Assembly: GCA_030431695.1 (NCBI GenBank) | Contig: JAUIIU010000003.1 | Span: 13,990-77,989 of the forward strand | DNA length: 64,000 bases | Source: Bacteroidia bacterium | Lineage (GTDB): Bacteria > Bacteroidota > Bacteroidia > Flavobacteriales > Flavobacteriaceae | Reading direction: 5' to 3' | In this document: in pieces, positions 28,661 to 39,159 of the stretch | Numbering within the stretch: the stretch's first letter is position 1 | Layout: each line of letters opens with the position of its first letter | Made by a program: the position numbers and the translations under genes | The notes under the pieces: generated by a model | Told to the model about the DNA's origin: nothing | Database searches by the model: none | Seen by the model: only the letters and a program-made list of their open reading frames with translations

Positions 28661-30292
28661 ATGAAGGACAACAACTATATCAGGATCGCTTCGGTCTCTG
28701 CCCTTGAAGATAAAAAACCAACTTACGCCCTGGCGAGGAGTATTGACCTGGTGATCGTGAAACACGACTCGGGCATCTCTGTTCTTTATGGAAGATGTCA
28801 TCACAGAGGGGCTTTGCTGGCCGATGGATATATAGAAGGGGCAAATCTTATTTGTGGTTTACACAATTGGGATTACCGATACGACACGGGGATCAGTTCC
28901 TACAATAACGAAGAACGACTACATAAATTCAAGGAATACATCAAAGGCGATGATCTCTGCGTAGATGAAGGTGAGATCATAGCGTTCGAGCAAGAATTCC
29001 CTCAACCTTTCAACCGTGACGTATACCTCGGTGCTTTCGCCGATACCCATCCTGAGGAAACTGAACCTTACACCCACTATATCAAGGAATTAGCTCAAAA
29101 TGGACTGACAAAGATCGGGAAACATGGCTTTTCGGCTTCCATGGGTGTTGAACGTAACTCTCTTCCCAAATGGAATGATATTCAATTCTTACCAGCTCAA
29201 ATCGCCCGTCGACCCTTGCTTGATGATGAGGCAGTTGACACACGTGTTGTAATTGGCTCCGGCGCCAGAAAGCCACTGGTGCTGGAAATGCCATTGTTTG
29301 TTTCCGATATGAGCTTCGGTGCTTTGTCACGCGAAGCTAAGGTCGCTCTTTCAAAAGGAGCAGAAATGGCGGGAACCGGGATATGTTCAGGCGAAGGCGG
29401 CATGCTTCCCGAAGAGCATGCAAACAATTCGCGGTATTTCTACGAGCTGGCCTCTGCTCAATTTGGATTTAGCTGGGATAAGCTGGATAATGTTCAGGCC
29501 TTTCATTTTAAAGGCGGGCAAGGTGCTAAAACCGGAACCGGAGGTCACCTGCCCGGAAGCAAGGTGAGTGCCGAGATCGCAAGTGTCAGGGGACTAAAGA
29601 AAGGAGAAGCAGCTATCTCACCCGCCGCCTTCGAACATCTGAAAACTGTAACAGACTTCAGATCATTTGCGGAGAAAGTTAGAACCCGAACAGGCGGCAT
29701 TCCAATTGGTTTTAAAATCGCAGCTAGTCATATTGAAAAAGATTTGCAGTTCGCCCTGGATGTGGGAGTGGACTACATTATTCTTGACGGACGAGGAGGG
29801 GGTACCGGATCGGCACCTACTATCCTGAGGGACAACATTAATGTCCCCACCATCCCGGCACTGGCCAGAGCCAGGGACTACCTGGATAAAGTTGGGGCGT
29901 CTGATGTTACACTGGTTATTACCGGAGGATTGCGAATAGCCGAGGATTTTGCCAAAGCCCTGATGCTTGGAGCAGATGCCATCGCTGTGTCCAATTCGGC
30001 TTTACAGGCCATAGGGTGCCTGGGTATGCGAGCCTGTGGCAGTAACAATTGTCCGGTTGGGATTGCTACGCAGAAAGAGTCACTTCGGAAGCGCCTTATT
30101 ATTGCTTCTTCAGCAAAACAACTCTGCAACTTCTTCGGTGCAACGAACGAGCTGATCAAAGTAATATCCAGAGCCTGTGGCTACAACGACATATCCCTGT
30201 TCAATGAAACCGACCTAACCACCTGTAACCATGATATACACTTACTAACAGGCATTCAATATGCCGGAATCACCAAGCTATGTTCGAGATAA
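28661..30292 (+). CDS. Rieske [2Fe-2S] domain fused to glutamate-synthase-like FMN domain
   Basis: The N-terminus has CHH-x16-CGLH (Rieske CxH...CxxH). The C-terminal region resembles the GltB FMN/central domain (GGEGG-like, GAKTGTGGHLPG, DGRGGGTG). Confidence 0.75.
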   Translation: MKDNNYIRIASVSALEDKKPTYALARSIDLVIVKHDSGISVLYGRCHHRGALLADGYIEGANLICGLHNWDYRYDTGISSYNNEERLHKFKEYIKGDDLCVDEGEIIAFEQEFPQPFNRDVYLGAFADTHPEETEPYTHYIKELAQNGLTKIGKHGFSASMGVERNSLPKWNDIQFLPAQIARRPLLDDEAVDTRVVIGSGARKPLVLEMPLFVSDMSFGALSREAKVALSKGAEMAGTGICSGEGGMLPEEHANNSRYFYELASAQFGFSWDKLDNVQAFHFKGGQGAKTGTGGHLPGSKVSAEIASVRGLKKGEAAISPAAFEHLKTVTDFRSFAEKVRTRTGGIPIGFKIAASHIEKDLQFALDVGVDYIILDGRGGGTGSAPTILRDNINVPTIPALARARDYLDKVGASDVTLVITGGLRIAEDFAKALMLGADAIAVSNSALQAIGCLGMRACGSNNCPVGIATQKESLRKRLIIASSAKQLCNFFGATNELIKVISRACGYNDISLFNETDLTTCNHDIHLLTGIQYAGITKLCSR

Positions 30293-31512
30293 TAATTGGA
30301 ATAATAGCAATAGCGGCGTTGATGAGTTTCATCAATGCAAGAATGTTGAAGTTACCTGAAACTATTGGAGTGATGATCCTATCCATTGGTGTATCATTAT
30401 TCCTGGGGGCTTCCTACTTTTTCCATCATAGTGTGTTCATTCAAATTTGCCATATCGTCGATCAGATAGAATTTCGGGAAATACTTTTCGACTTCTTACT
30501 GGGAGTTTTGCTATTTGCCGGAGCCATTCATGTGGACCTGAATTATTTACTCAAACAAAGGTTGTCGGTCACACTTTATGCAACCCTGGGTGTGATCCTA
30601 TCCACATTTCTGATAGGCTCCTTGTTCTACTATCTTACACAAAGTTTCGGCCTGCCGGTGGACTATCTCTACTGTCTTGTATTCGGAGCCCTGATATCTC
30701 CTACCGACCCGGTTGCCGTGCTGGCAATCCTCAGGAAGGTAAATGCCCCAAAAAACACCGAGATAAAAATAGTAGGAGAATCCCTATTCAACGACGGCGT
30801 GGGGATTGTGGTTTTCCTGTCCATTTACTCACTCGCAACCATGATGCAGGAGTTTGAGATCTCAAGTATCGTTCGGGAATTCACTTTTGAGGCCGGAGGA
30901 GGTATCCTAATGGGCATTTTATTAGGTTTTCTTGGAAGAAAATTGATTCGGTTGGTTGTTTCCGAACCAATTATCGCTGTACATATCTCGCTGGCGATCG
31001 TGTTGGGCGGGTATAGTCTGTCTTCATGGTTTCACGTGTCCGGGGCTCTTGCAATGGTAGTTGCAGGATTGATCATGGGTCAGGGAATTAGCCAGGAAGA
31101 GAACACAGGAAAACTTAAACAGCATATGGGCATATTTTGGGATGTTTTGGACGAAATCTTCAATGCAGTACTCTTTGTCCTGATTGGGATGGAAGTCATC
31201 TCACTGAAATTCGAATTTCTATATGTGCCGGTTTCCATTATATCGATCATCATCGTCCTTCTATCTAGATATGTTGTGATATATGTCCTTGATCTTGTCT
31301 TGCCAGGACATCAGAAGGCAGGAAGAAAAGAAAGAAAAATACTCACCTGGGGGGGACTTAGGGGAGGAATTTCCATTGCCCTGGCGTTGACATTACCGGA
31401 AAGTGAACTCCGGGACACCATAGTATTTACAACCTACGTGGTTGTGGTCTTTTCAATCGTCGTGCAGGGGCTTACTATTGAAAAACTACTCCTAAAAACC
31501 TATAAACAGTAG
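30280..31512 (+). CDS. Na+/H+ (cation:proton) antiporter, CPA1-like
   Basis: A polytopic membrane protein with the ISPTDPVAV motif typical of NhaP/CPA1 exchangers. Confidence 0.75.
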   Translation: MFEIIIGIIAIAALMSFINARMLKLPETIGVMILSIGVSLFLGASYFFHHSVFIQICHIVDQIEFREILFDFLLGVLLFAGAIHVDLNYLLKQRLSVTLYATLGVILSTFLIGSLFYYLTQSFGLPVDYLYCLVFGALISPTDPVAVLAILRKVNAPKNTEIKIVGESLFNDGVGIVVFLSIYSLATMMQEFEISSIVREFTFEAGGGILMGILLGFLGRKLIRLVVSEPIIAVHISLAIVLGGYSLSSWFHVSGALAMVVAGLIMGQGISQEENTGKLKQHMGIFWDVLDEIFNAVLFVLIGMEVISLKFEFLYVPVSIISIIIVLLSRYVVIYVLDLVLPGHQKAGRKERKILTWGGLRGGISIALALTLPESELRDTIVFTTYVVVVFSIVVQGLTIEKLLLKTYKQ

Positions 31513-31514
31513 TC

Positions 31515-33464
31515 ATGAAAAAGAAAGTGATTTGGCATAAGGTGCTAAGCAACAAAAAACTACTCCCGGAAGGCAGGGTGAAATCGGTTACGGCCAAGCA
31601 TCATGATATCTGCCTGACACACGTGAAGGGAGTTTTCTCAGCACTCGACAACAAATGCCCGCATCAGGGCGGACCCCTTGGCGAAGGATCCATAGAGAAC
31701 GGACATCTTCGCTGCCCCTGGCACGGTTGGGATTTCGATCCTTGTACGGGAAAAGCTCCTGGCGGATTTGAAGACGGGGTAAAAACGTATCAGGTGAAAG
31801 AGGAGGATGGTGCTATTTACGTTGGTCTTGAAGAAGAGAAGCCCCGGGAAGAAACGGTTTCGGATGTGATGATGGAAACCATGGTGAATTGGGGAATCAA
31901 CACTGTTTTCGGGATGGTTGGTCATAGCAATCTCGGAGTTGCAGACGCCATGAAACGATTAGAAGAAAAAGGAAAATTGAAATACTTCGGGATCCGGCAC
32001 GAAGGTGCTGCCTCCTTTGCCGCGTCAGGCTATGCAAAACTTACGGGGAAGCCTGCAGCATGCTTCGGGATCGCCGGTCCGGGAGCCACGAACATGTACA
32101 CAGGGATGTGGGATGCAAAAGTTGATCGCGTACCGCTCCTGGCACTTTCCGGACAGGTAAACACTCAAGTTCTGGGAACCGGTGCCTTCCAGGAAGTAGA
32201 CCTGGTAAGGGCTTTTGACTATGTTTCGGAATTCAATCATGCTGTACATGCCAACTCCAACCATTCGGAGCTGATGGCCCTGGCCGTAAAACACAGTATC
32301 GTAAAACGTGAGGTCGCACACCTAACCTTTCCAGATGAGGTAGCATTCAGTAAAAAAGCTGAAGAGTCGCAACCTCAAACACCTGAAAACCGAATCACAC
32401 CTTTCAATATCAGTCCTCCAAAGGAAATGACGGCCAAAGCGATCGGGCTTATCAAAAATTCCAGTCGCCCTGTCATTATTGTTGGCCATGGCGCACGTTT
32501 CAGCATGCAAAGTATTATTTCTTTTGCTGAAAGTCTTGACTGTCCTGTAATTACCACATTTAAAGCAAAGGGGCAGATCTCGGATCAGCACCCTCTCAGC
32601 TGTGGTGTACTGGGAAGAAGCGGAACGCCCATCGCTTCCTGGTTCATGAACGAGAGTGACCTCATCATCGTATTCGGGGCTTCATTTTCCAATCATACCG
32701 GGATCACTCCGAAAAAACCGATCATCCAGGTGGATTTCGATCCAATGGCCCTTAGCAAATTTCACAAGGTCGATGTCGCTCTCTGGGGGGAGATCTCCGA
32801 AACCGTAGACCTGCTGTCTCGCTGTCTAAAGGATGAAATAACTACTGAATCCCAACAGGAAGAAATAGCAAAACGATGGTCTATCTGGAGAGCCGAAAAA
32901 TCGAACAGGCTGCGAGACAACAGTAAGCTTGGACTGAGTTCAATTGCCGTTGTAGATGCCATGAGCCAGGTTGTCGAAGACGATGCTGTGATCGCCGTTG
33001 ATGTTGGCAACAACACCTATTCCTTCGGAAGATATTTTGAAACGAAACAGCAAACCATACTAATGTCGGGTTACCTGGGCTCAATCGGGTTTGCCCTTCC
33101 TGCCGCAATGGGCGCCTGGGCTGCGCAAGGCCATGAGCGTGCTATTTGGTCCTTTTCCGGGGACGGCGGCCTGGGGCAGTACCTGTCGGAACTGACTACT
33201 TTGGTGAAATACAGCATGAATATCAAGCATGTAGTGTTGAATAATTCCGAACTGGGAAAGATCTCCAAGGAACAAAGGGCTGCCCAAGTGGATGTTTGGC
33301 ATACCTCGCTTCACAATCCCAGTTTCGCCGATTTTGCTAATAATTGCGGTGTCCTGGGTATAAAGGTAACCCGTGCCGAAGAGCTTGCCCCAGCATTGGA
33401 AAAGCTAAAAGCTCACCAGGGACCCGGGCTCCTGGAAATAATTACGGATCCTTCCCTGATCTAA
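31515..33464 (+). CDS. Rieske [2Fe-2S] domain fused to thiamine-diphosphate enzyme (pyruvate oxidase/acetolactate synthase-like)
   Basis: The N-terminus has CPH-x17-CPWH. It is followed by TPP-enzyme N, central and C domains, including the GDGG TPP-binding motif (SFSGDGGLGQY...NNSELG). Confidence 0.75.
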   Translation: MKKKVIWHKVLSNKKLLPEGRVKSVTAKHHDICLTHVKGVFSALDNKCPHQGGPLGEGSIENGHLRCPWHGWDFDPCTGKAPGGFEDGVKTYQVKEEDGAIYVGLEEEKPREETVSDVMMETMVNWGINTVFGMVGHSNLGVADAMKRLEEKGKLKYFGIRHEGAASFAASGYAKLTGKPAACFGIAGPGATNMYTGMWDAKVDRVPLLALSGQVNTQVLGTGAFQEVDLVRAFDYVSEFNHAVHANSNHSELMALAVKHSIVKREVAHLTFPDEVAFSKKAEESQPQTPENRITPFNISPPKEMTAKAIGLIKNSSRPVIIVGHGARFSMQSIISFAESLDCPVITTFKAKGQISDQHPLSCGVLGRSGTPIASWFMNESDLIIVFGASFSNHTGITPKKPIIQVDFDPMALSKFHKVDVALWGEISETVDLLSRCLKDEITTESQQEEIAKRWSIWRAEKSNRLRDNSKLGLSSIAVVDAMSQVVEDDAVIAVDVGNNTYSFGRYFETKQQTILMSGYLGSIGFALPAAMGAWAAQGHERAIWSFSGDGGLGQYLSELTTLVKYSMNIKHVVLNNSELGKISKEQRAAQVDVWHTSLHNPSFADFANNCGVLGIKVTRAEELAPALEKLKAHQGPGLLEIITDPSLI

Positions 33465-33467
33465 TAA

Positions 33468-34103
33468 ATGCAAATTATGAAAACTATTGTCCTGCTCATC
33501 ACAAATTGTGTCCTGCTGTACTTTCTGGCTGGATTTGTCTTCGGAATTTACTTCCTGTTAATCGGGGCTCCCAGAATCGATCCCTTGTTGAAAAACAGCA
33601 AATGGGCAGTTCGAATACTCCTACTTCCGGGAGTAATAGCAGCCTGGCCATTTTTCCTTCGGAAAATGATAAACCCAGCAGAAACAGGCACTATGAATAA
33701 CCAACTACGTAAAGTTCATAGACATGTTTGGATTGCGATAGTCATTATCATGCCGATCGTCCTATTCCTGTGCATCAGAGATGTTGATTTCAGCAATAAA
33801 AACTTCAGCAACATACAATCGCAACAACTGCCTGTAACTACGGAAAACTTAATTGCAAATACCGACAAACTATCAGTTCAGCTTCTAGAGGCAGAGAACA
33901 CATTGATCATGGTACTCAACCTGAAAACGCCATTTAAAAACCCATCCACAAGTCTGTACATTTTGCAGAATGGCACAAAAGGCAAGTTCCTGGGGCAACT
34001 GAACAGTCTTGGAATATACAGGTTTGATCTTTCAAAGGTACCCGAAGGGATCATCTGTTACGACACAATAAAAGATGAAATAATAACCAAAATTGAATTC
34101 TGA
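33468..34103 (+). CDS. hypothetical membrane protein
   Basis: A 211-aa ORF with predicted TM helices in the N-terminal half. It is packed tightly inside the operon. Confidence 0.45.
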   Translation: MQIMKTIVLLITNCVLLYFLAGFVFGIYFLLIGAPRIDPLLKNSKWAVRILLLPGVIAAWPFFLRKMINPAETGTMNNQLRKVHRHVWIAIVIIMPIVLFLCIRDVDFSNKNFSNIQSQQLPVTTENLIANTDKLSVQLLEAENTLIMVLNLKTPFKNPSTSLYILQNGTKGKFLGQLNSLGIYRFDLSKVPEGIICYDTIKDEIITKIEF

Positions 34104-35137
34104 TGGGACTCGAATACAAATTTGTGCTATGGAACAGGTACAAAAAGAAATACGATCTGGTAATTGCAGGTTTCTCGATAATCTTCTTACTTCTCTTCGC
34201 GGGTATTACCCTTATCGTCAATAGAGAAACAACTGTTGAAACCTTGGTGATAAGAGGGTTCGGGATACTGGCTGTGGTAATGCTTCACCTCATCCTGGTC
34301 ATCGGCCCATTGTGCAGGCTACAGCCAAAGTTTCTCCCTATACTCTACAACCGAAGACATCTGGGTGTAAGTATGTTCCTGGCTGCACTGGTTCATGGAG
34401 GGTTTTCCATCTTCCAGTTTCACGCCCTGGGAGATACATTTCCTATCTATTCGATCTTTACTTCCAACCTGGATTATTTTTCCTTGTCGAATTTTCCTTT
34501 CCAGGTTCTGGGATTCTTTGCATTGCTCATTCTTTTCTCTATGGCAGCTACAAGTCATGATTTCTTCCTGGCGAACCTGTCTGCCGTAACGTGGAAACGA
34601 CTTCACATGATGGTATATGTAGCCTATGTTCTGATCCTGCTTCACGTAGTACTGGGTGCATTTCAGCAGGAAACATCACTGTTCACAATTATAGTACTCG
34701 GTCTTGGATTCGTTTTAGTGGTTTTACTTCACTTGCTATCCGCCAGACAGGAATTGAGAGCAGATAAAATTCAAAGTGTTGAAACGGAAGGCTGGTTTAG
34801 AGTGTGCGAAGTTGATGAAATAGAGGATGACCGCGCCAAGATTTTCACTTTGAATAAGGAGCGCGTGGCCATTTTCAAATACGAAAACAAGCTATCGGCC
34901 ATACACAATGTCTGTAAGCACCAGGGTGGGCCATTGGGTGAAGGAAAGATCATTGACGGCTGCATCACCTGCCCATGGCATGGTTATCAGTACCTGCCTA
35001 AAAATGGACAGTCACCTCCTCCTTATACTGAAAAAGTTGCCACTTATGATCTCAAGCTGGTTGGCAGCACAGTTTTCATCGATCCTAACGCCCATGCCGA
35101 AGGAACCGAAGTAGAACCTCTAATCATAACAAAATGA
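34103..35137 (+). CDS. ferric-reductase-like (b-haem) transmembrane domain fused to Rieske [2Fe-2S] domain
   Basis: About six TM helices carry conserved His pairs (LVHGGFSIFQFH, YVLILLHVV). The C-terminus has CKH-x17-CPWH. Confidence 0.7.
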   Translation: MGLEYKFVLWNRYKKKYDLVIAGFSIIFLLLFAGITLIVNRETTVETLVIRGFGILAVVMLHLILVIGPLCRLQPKFLPILYNRRHLGVSMFLAALVHGGFSIFQFHALGDTFPIYSIFTSNLDYFSLSNFPFQVLGFFALLILFSMAATSHDFFLANLSAVTWKRLHMMVYVAYVLILLHVVLGAFQQETSLFTIIVLGLGFVLVVLLHLLSARQELRADKIQSVETEGWFRVCEVDEIEDDRAKIFTLNKERVAIFKYENKLSAIHNVCKHQGGPLGEGKIIDGCITCPWHGYQYLPKNGQSPPPYTEKVATYDLKLVGSTVFIDPNAHAEGTEVEPLIITK

Positions 35138-35928
35138 AAAAACAGGACGAATTCTTTGTGCCTTATATAAGCGAAAGTTTGGGCAGCAAAACAAAAAAGG
35201 CAATTCGCAGATTAGTATGGACAATACTTTTCGCAATAATAGTAATAGCCGGCGTGTTCGCTTTTACCCAAAAACCTTTTAAAAATGGCTCATTTGAACT
35301 TACCAGCGAGACGCGGTTAACGGGAGTTTTCCATGAAAACCCCTACCCCATGTTACGGGTGAAAGTGGCGGATGATTCGTACAAGAATATCCTGCTACTC
35401 GGATTTGGGAAGTCAAGTGTGAATCCCTACCTCGCTGTTATTCGAAAAGATTTTGAGACACTGGCAGGAAAGGAACTAGCCATAGAAGGCAACCTGATCT
35501 ACTACAACGGAAAAACACTTGTCCAAATCACCTCCGAAGAAAAAATCAAAGTAATGGGGAATTCTGACCCTAACATTCTTCCCAAAAAAGAAAAAGTTGG
35601 AAAAGTCACGCTCACAGGGGAGATCATAGACCCAAAATGCTATTTCGGGGTGATGAAGCCAGGATATGGCAAAATCCACAGGAGTTGCGCTGTTCGGTGC
35701 ATCTCAGGTGGAATTCCCCCTGTTCTTGCAGCAACCGATAGCAATCACAATCTCCACTACTATTTGATCACAGATATGGTTGGAGGAGCAATACACGAGA
35801 GCATCCTGCCATATGTTGGAAAGCCCGCGGAAATTACCGGGATTGTCGAAACGTATGAAGACTGGCAGTTTTTGAGGATCAACGTCGAAGACATCAGGGA
35901 AACAGGCGAGGCTTCACTCATTTATTAA
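35134..35928 (+). CDS. hypothetical membrane-anchored protein
   Basis: It has one N-terminal TM helix and a Cys-containing C-terminal block (DPKCYFG...HRSCAVRCISGG). There is a 4-nt overlap with the upstream gene. Confidence 0.45.
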   Translation: MKKQDEFFVPYISESLGSKTKKAIRRLVWTILFAIIVIAGVFAFTQKPFKNGSFELTSETRLTGVFHENPYPMLRVKVADDSYKNILLLGFGKSSVNPYLAVIRKDFETLAGKELAIEGNLIYYNGKTLVQITSEEKIKVMGNSDPNILPKKEKVGKVTLTGEIIDPKCYFGVMKPGYGKIHRSCAVRCISGGIPPVLAATDSNHNLHYYLITDMVGGAIHESILPYVGKPAEITGIVETYEDWQFLRINVEDIRETGEASLIY

Positions 35929-35948
35929 CGATCAAAAAACAGATTATC

Positions 35949-37373
35949 ATGAAAAAGTCAGTCTTTAATCTTATCCTGCTGGTAGTAATTTTCCATTCAT
36001 CAGCAGTATTGCCCCAGGTCGAGGAAAAGTATTCTGAAACACAGATCATTGGGGATCTGATCGTAGCGATCAATGCTGAAGATTCAGCAGCTTTGGATGA
36101 ATTCATTCTGAAATACGTGAAAAACAAAGACGGAGCGTCTTTTACAAAGAGTCGAATGGAACGTTTTATGGTAATCACCGGAGGAGTAGATTACAAAGGA
36201 ATCTACGATTCCGAAAATCCTGTCGACAATGAAACCATCTTGAAGGTCAAAGGTAAAAATTACAACCTGCCGCGCACCCTTTTCCTCGTTTACGAAAGTA
36301 GTTTGAAGCAATCCCTTCGCGAAGTGGATTTCGGATTGTATCGAAAGGTCGATCAGCCAATCAGCGAAGAGTCCATGTTACAGGAGGTAAAGGTGCTTAT
36401 GGAAAATCTGTCCGAAAAGGACCTGTTTTCCGGAGCCGTCCTGATCGCTAAAAAGGATAGTATACTATACACCCGAGCGGTGGGGGAGGCATCCAAACGC
36501 TTTCATGTTGATAACCGAACCGACACGAAGTTCAACCTTGGATCTATGAACAAGATGTTTACTTCCCTGGCTATAATGAAAATGGTGGAAAAAGAGCAAT
36601 TGGGCCTGGATGAAACCATAGATAAGTATCTGGACGAAAGTTGGCTTCCAAAGGCGATTACGGAAAAGGTTACCATTAGGCACCTGCTATCGCATTCCAG
36701 TGGCTTGGGAAGTTATTTTAACCCAACGTTCTTCGGAAGTTCTAGGGATAAATTTATAAGCCTGCAAGACTATAAACCGTTGATATCAAATGAAACACTT
36801 GCCTTTGTGCCTGGAGAACGTTTCCAGTACAGTAATACAGGAATGTTCCTGCTTGGAGTGATCCTCGAAAAGGTAAGTGGCAAGGATTATTACAGATTTG
36901 TTCGTGAAGAGATATTCGAGCCGGTTGGCATGGAGAATACAGACTCATACCGTATGGACCATCCGGTTGAAAACCTGGCGATAGGGTATTCGAAAGCCGA
37001 CAATGAACTTGGATACGAGAACAATATCCTCAAACACGTACTTCGTGGCGGCCCGGCAGGAGGTGGATTCTCTACGGTTGAAGATCTTCACAAATATGCC
37101 CTGGCCCTTACGAATGAGAAAATTGTAGGCAAAACACTACTCGAAATGATGTGGAACGATTACTACAACACAAATAACTACGGTTATGGGTTTAAGGTAG
37201 AGGACTACGACAATGAAAAAGTGGTAGGTCATTCCGGTGGTTTCTACGGAATAAGTGCCGATCTGTCCATATTTACCCGAAGCGGCTATATCGCGGTAGT
37301 ACTTTCGAACTATGAAGGCGGTGAGCAGGTGGCTCATAAATTCACACATATGCTCTTAAGTGTAGCTGATTAA
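35949..37373 (+). CDS. serine hydrolase (beta-lactamase/PBP4-like family)
   Basis: It has a signal peptide, the SxxK motif (SMNK) and a YSN motif (QYSNTG). Confidence 0.8.
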   Translation: MKKSVFNLILLVVIFHSSAVLPQVEEKYSETQIIGDLIVAINAEDSAALDEFILKYVKNKDGASFTKSRMERFMVITGGVDYKGIYDSENPVDNETILKVKGKNYNLPRTLFLVYESSLKQSLREVDFGLYRKVDQPISEESMLQEVKVLMENLSEKDLFSGAVLIAKKDSILYTRAVGEASKRFHVDNRTDTKFNLGSMNKMFTSLAIMKMVEKEQLGLDETIDKYLDESWLPKAITEKVTIRHLLSHSSGLGSYFNPTFFGSSRDKFISLQDYKPLISNETLAFVPGERFQYSNTGMFLLGVILEKVSGKDYYRFVREEIFEPVGMENTDSYRMDHPVENLAIGYSKADNELGYENNILKHVLRGGPAGGGFSTVEDLHKYALALTNEKIVGKTLLEMMWNDYYNTNNYGYGFKVEDYDNEKVVGHSGGFYGISADLSIFTRSGYIAVVLSNYEGGEQVAHKFTHMLLSVAD

Positions 37374-37416
37374 TCTCAGAAATTAACGATCTGCAGGTTT
37401 TGATTCATGCTATAAT

Positions 37417-37498
37417 AAATCCGAACTCTTTTCCCTGTTTTCAATGCGTTTGAAAACACGAATTCAAACGACTGGTGGTCTTTTTTGCCTTTCGTTTG
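37417..37498 (+). promoter_or_regulatory. conserved promoter-proximal element, copy B
   Basis: It aligns to 28552-28612 at 50 of 61 positions. A TTCGTTTG box at 37491-37498 lies 27 nt before the ATG at 37525. Confidence 0.55.
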
Positions 37499-37524
37499 TA
37501 GTGTCAAATTAAAATCTAACAATT

Positions 37525-38037
37525 ATGATCTTAACAGCAGTACAAGTTCATCTGGAAAAAGTAAAAACTTTATGTGCCGACCTTTCGGATGAGCAATTCG
37601 CATCAAAATTGAAGGTGCTCAATGGTTCATCCATAGGCGCACACGTTCGGCACATTATTGAATTCTACAACTGCCTGCTTGAGTTTGACTATCGGAGAAC
37701 GGTTAGCTATGACAATAGAAAGCGGGACAAATCATTGGAAAACAGTAAGTACAAAAGTATCAACAACATAGAAAAGATCCTTAATGCAATAGATGGTGTT
37801 GAAGATTTCGAACTCAGGGTTTTATCCGACTATTCCATTTTCGGAGAAAACGAATCCATATCATTGGCTTCCACCTTCTACCGGGAACTTGCGTTCAATA
37901 TCGAGCATACCATTCATCACCTGGCGTTGATAAAGATCGGGGTACAGGCAATGGACACTACAATTCCACTGGATGAGAACTTCGGGTATGCCCCATCCAC
38001 CATCCGAAATAATTACCAGAAGCTATGTGTACAGTAA
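37525..38037 (+). CDS. DinB/YfiT-like four-helix-bundle protein
   Basis: A 170-aa protein with a His-containing helix pattern (HVRHIIEFY, EHTIHHL). Confidence 0.55.
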   Translation: MILTAVQVHLEKVKTLCADLSDEQFASKLKVLNGSSIGAHVRHIIEFYNCLLEFDYRRTVSYDNRKRDKSLENSKYKSINNIEKILNAIDGVEDFELRVLSDYSIFGENESISLASTFYRELAFNIEHTIHHLALIKIGVQAMDTTIPLDENFGYAPSTIRNNYQKLCVQ

Positions 38038-38723
38038 GCTATATCCCGAAGGAGAATGGTTTCATTCTTACCTCGAACCGGGATGAAAGTCCGCTTAGGG
38101 TTACTCGTCTCCCAATGGAAGAGGTTCTAGCGAATGGTACTAAGATCATATTCCCTCAGGATGCCAGTAAGGGTGGAAGTTGGATTGCTATGGATGAATA
38201 CGGGCGTGCTGCCTGTTTACTCAACGGAGCCTTTCAGAATCACAAGAAGCAGGATAAATACCGGGCGAGTCGAGGTAAGATCGTGATCGCAGCTTTTGAG
38301 GCTGAAAGTTTTGAAAGTTTCCTTTCTGATCTCAGCCTTGAAAATATTGAACCGTTCACTCTGTTGCTCGTTAGTTCGGGGAAACTACAAACCTTGGTAT
38401 GGGACGGAGACCGAAAACATATGAGCGACCTAGCTACGGATACTCCGCATCTGTGGTCCTCCTCCACTTTGTACAGCCGGGAACAGCATACTGCAAAACT
38501 CGAATTCTTTGTCAATTCACTTGGCATGAACAAGACTACAGAATCCGGTATCTTAAAAATACACGGCAGCGAAAAAGACACACCATTTATCCTTCGGGAG
38601 GATAATATCAGTACGGTTAGTATTACTCAGCTGTCATTCAATGGAAAACAACGAAAAATTACATACATACTTAAAAAGAAGCGCAATGAAGAATTTATTT
38701 CTATACCTATTCATCCTAGCTAG
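38025..38723 (+). CDS. NRDE-family (TANGO2-like) protein
   Basis: It starts MCT... and has the SNRDE motif (LTSNRDE), with the typical ~230-aa length. Confidence 0.75.
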   Translation: MCTVSYIPKENGFILTSNRDESPLRVTRLPMEEVLANGTKIIFPQDASKGGSWIAMDEYGRAACLLNGAFQNHKKQDKYRASRGKIVIAAFEAESFESFLSDLSLENIEPFTLLLVSSGKLQTLVWDGDRKHMSDLATDTPHLWSSSTLYSREQHTAKLEFFVNSLGMNKTTESGILKIHGSEKDTPFILREDNISTVSITQLSFNGKQRKITYILKKKRNEEFISIPIHPS

Positions 38724-39159
38724 TTTCGGCTTTGCCCGGGCACAAGCAACAATCGATGTCAAACAATACACAAATCACGAAAACGGCCTGGCGTTGGAAG
38801 GGTTTGATGCTGTAAGTTATTTCTCGGGAAACCCTGTGGAAGGAAAATCAACTTTTTCGTTCACCCACCTGGGAATTAGGTACCAATTCAGCAATAAAAA
38901 AAACCTGGACACCTTTAAAATTGATCCTGAAAAGTACATCCCGGTCTACGGTGGCTGGTGTGCATACGCCATGGCAGATAGCGGCACGTTGGTGAGCGTG
39001 GACCCGGAAACGTATAAGATCGTTGATGGTAAACTCTATTTGTTCTACAACCAGTATTTCAACAATACTTTAAAAAAATGGAACCGGAAGGAGTCCGAAT
39101 ACCTCAAGTCGGCCCAACTCAACTGGAAGAAATACATAAAATCCTTACGTCATGAATAG
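38686..39159 (+). CDS. YHS-domain secreted protein
   Basis: A signal peptide begins at the internal ATG at 38686 (MKNLFLYLFILASFGFARAQ). It carries DAVSYF and YQFS blocks typical of YHS-like proteins. Confidence 0.6.
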   Translation: MKNLFLYLFILASFGFARAQATIDVKQYTNHENGLALEGFDAVSYFSGNPVEGKSTFSFTHLGIRYQFSNKKNLDTFKIDPEKYIPVYGGWCAYAMADSGTLVSVDPETYKIVDGKLYLFYNQYFNNTLKKWNRKESEYLKSAQLNWKKYIKSLRHE

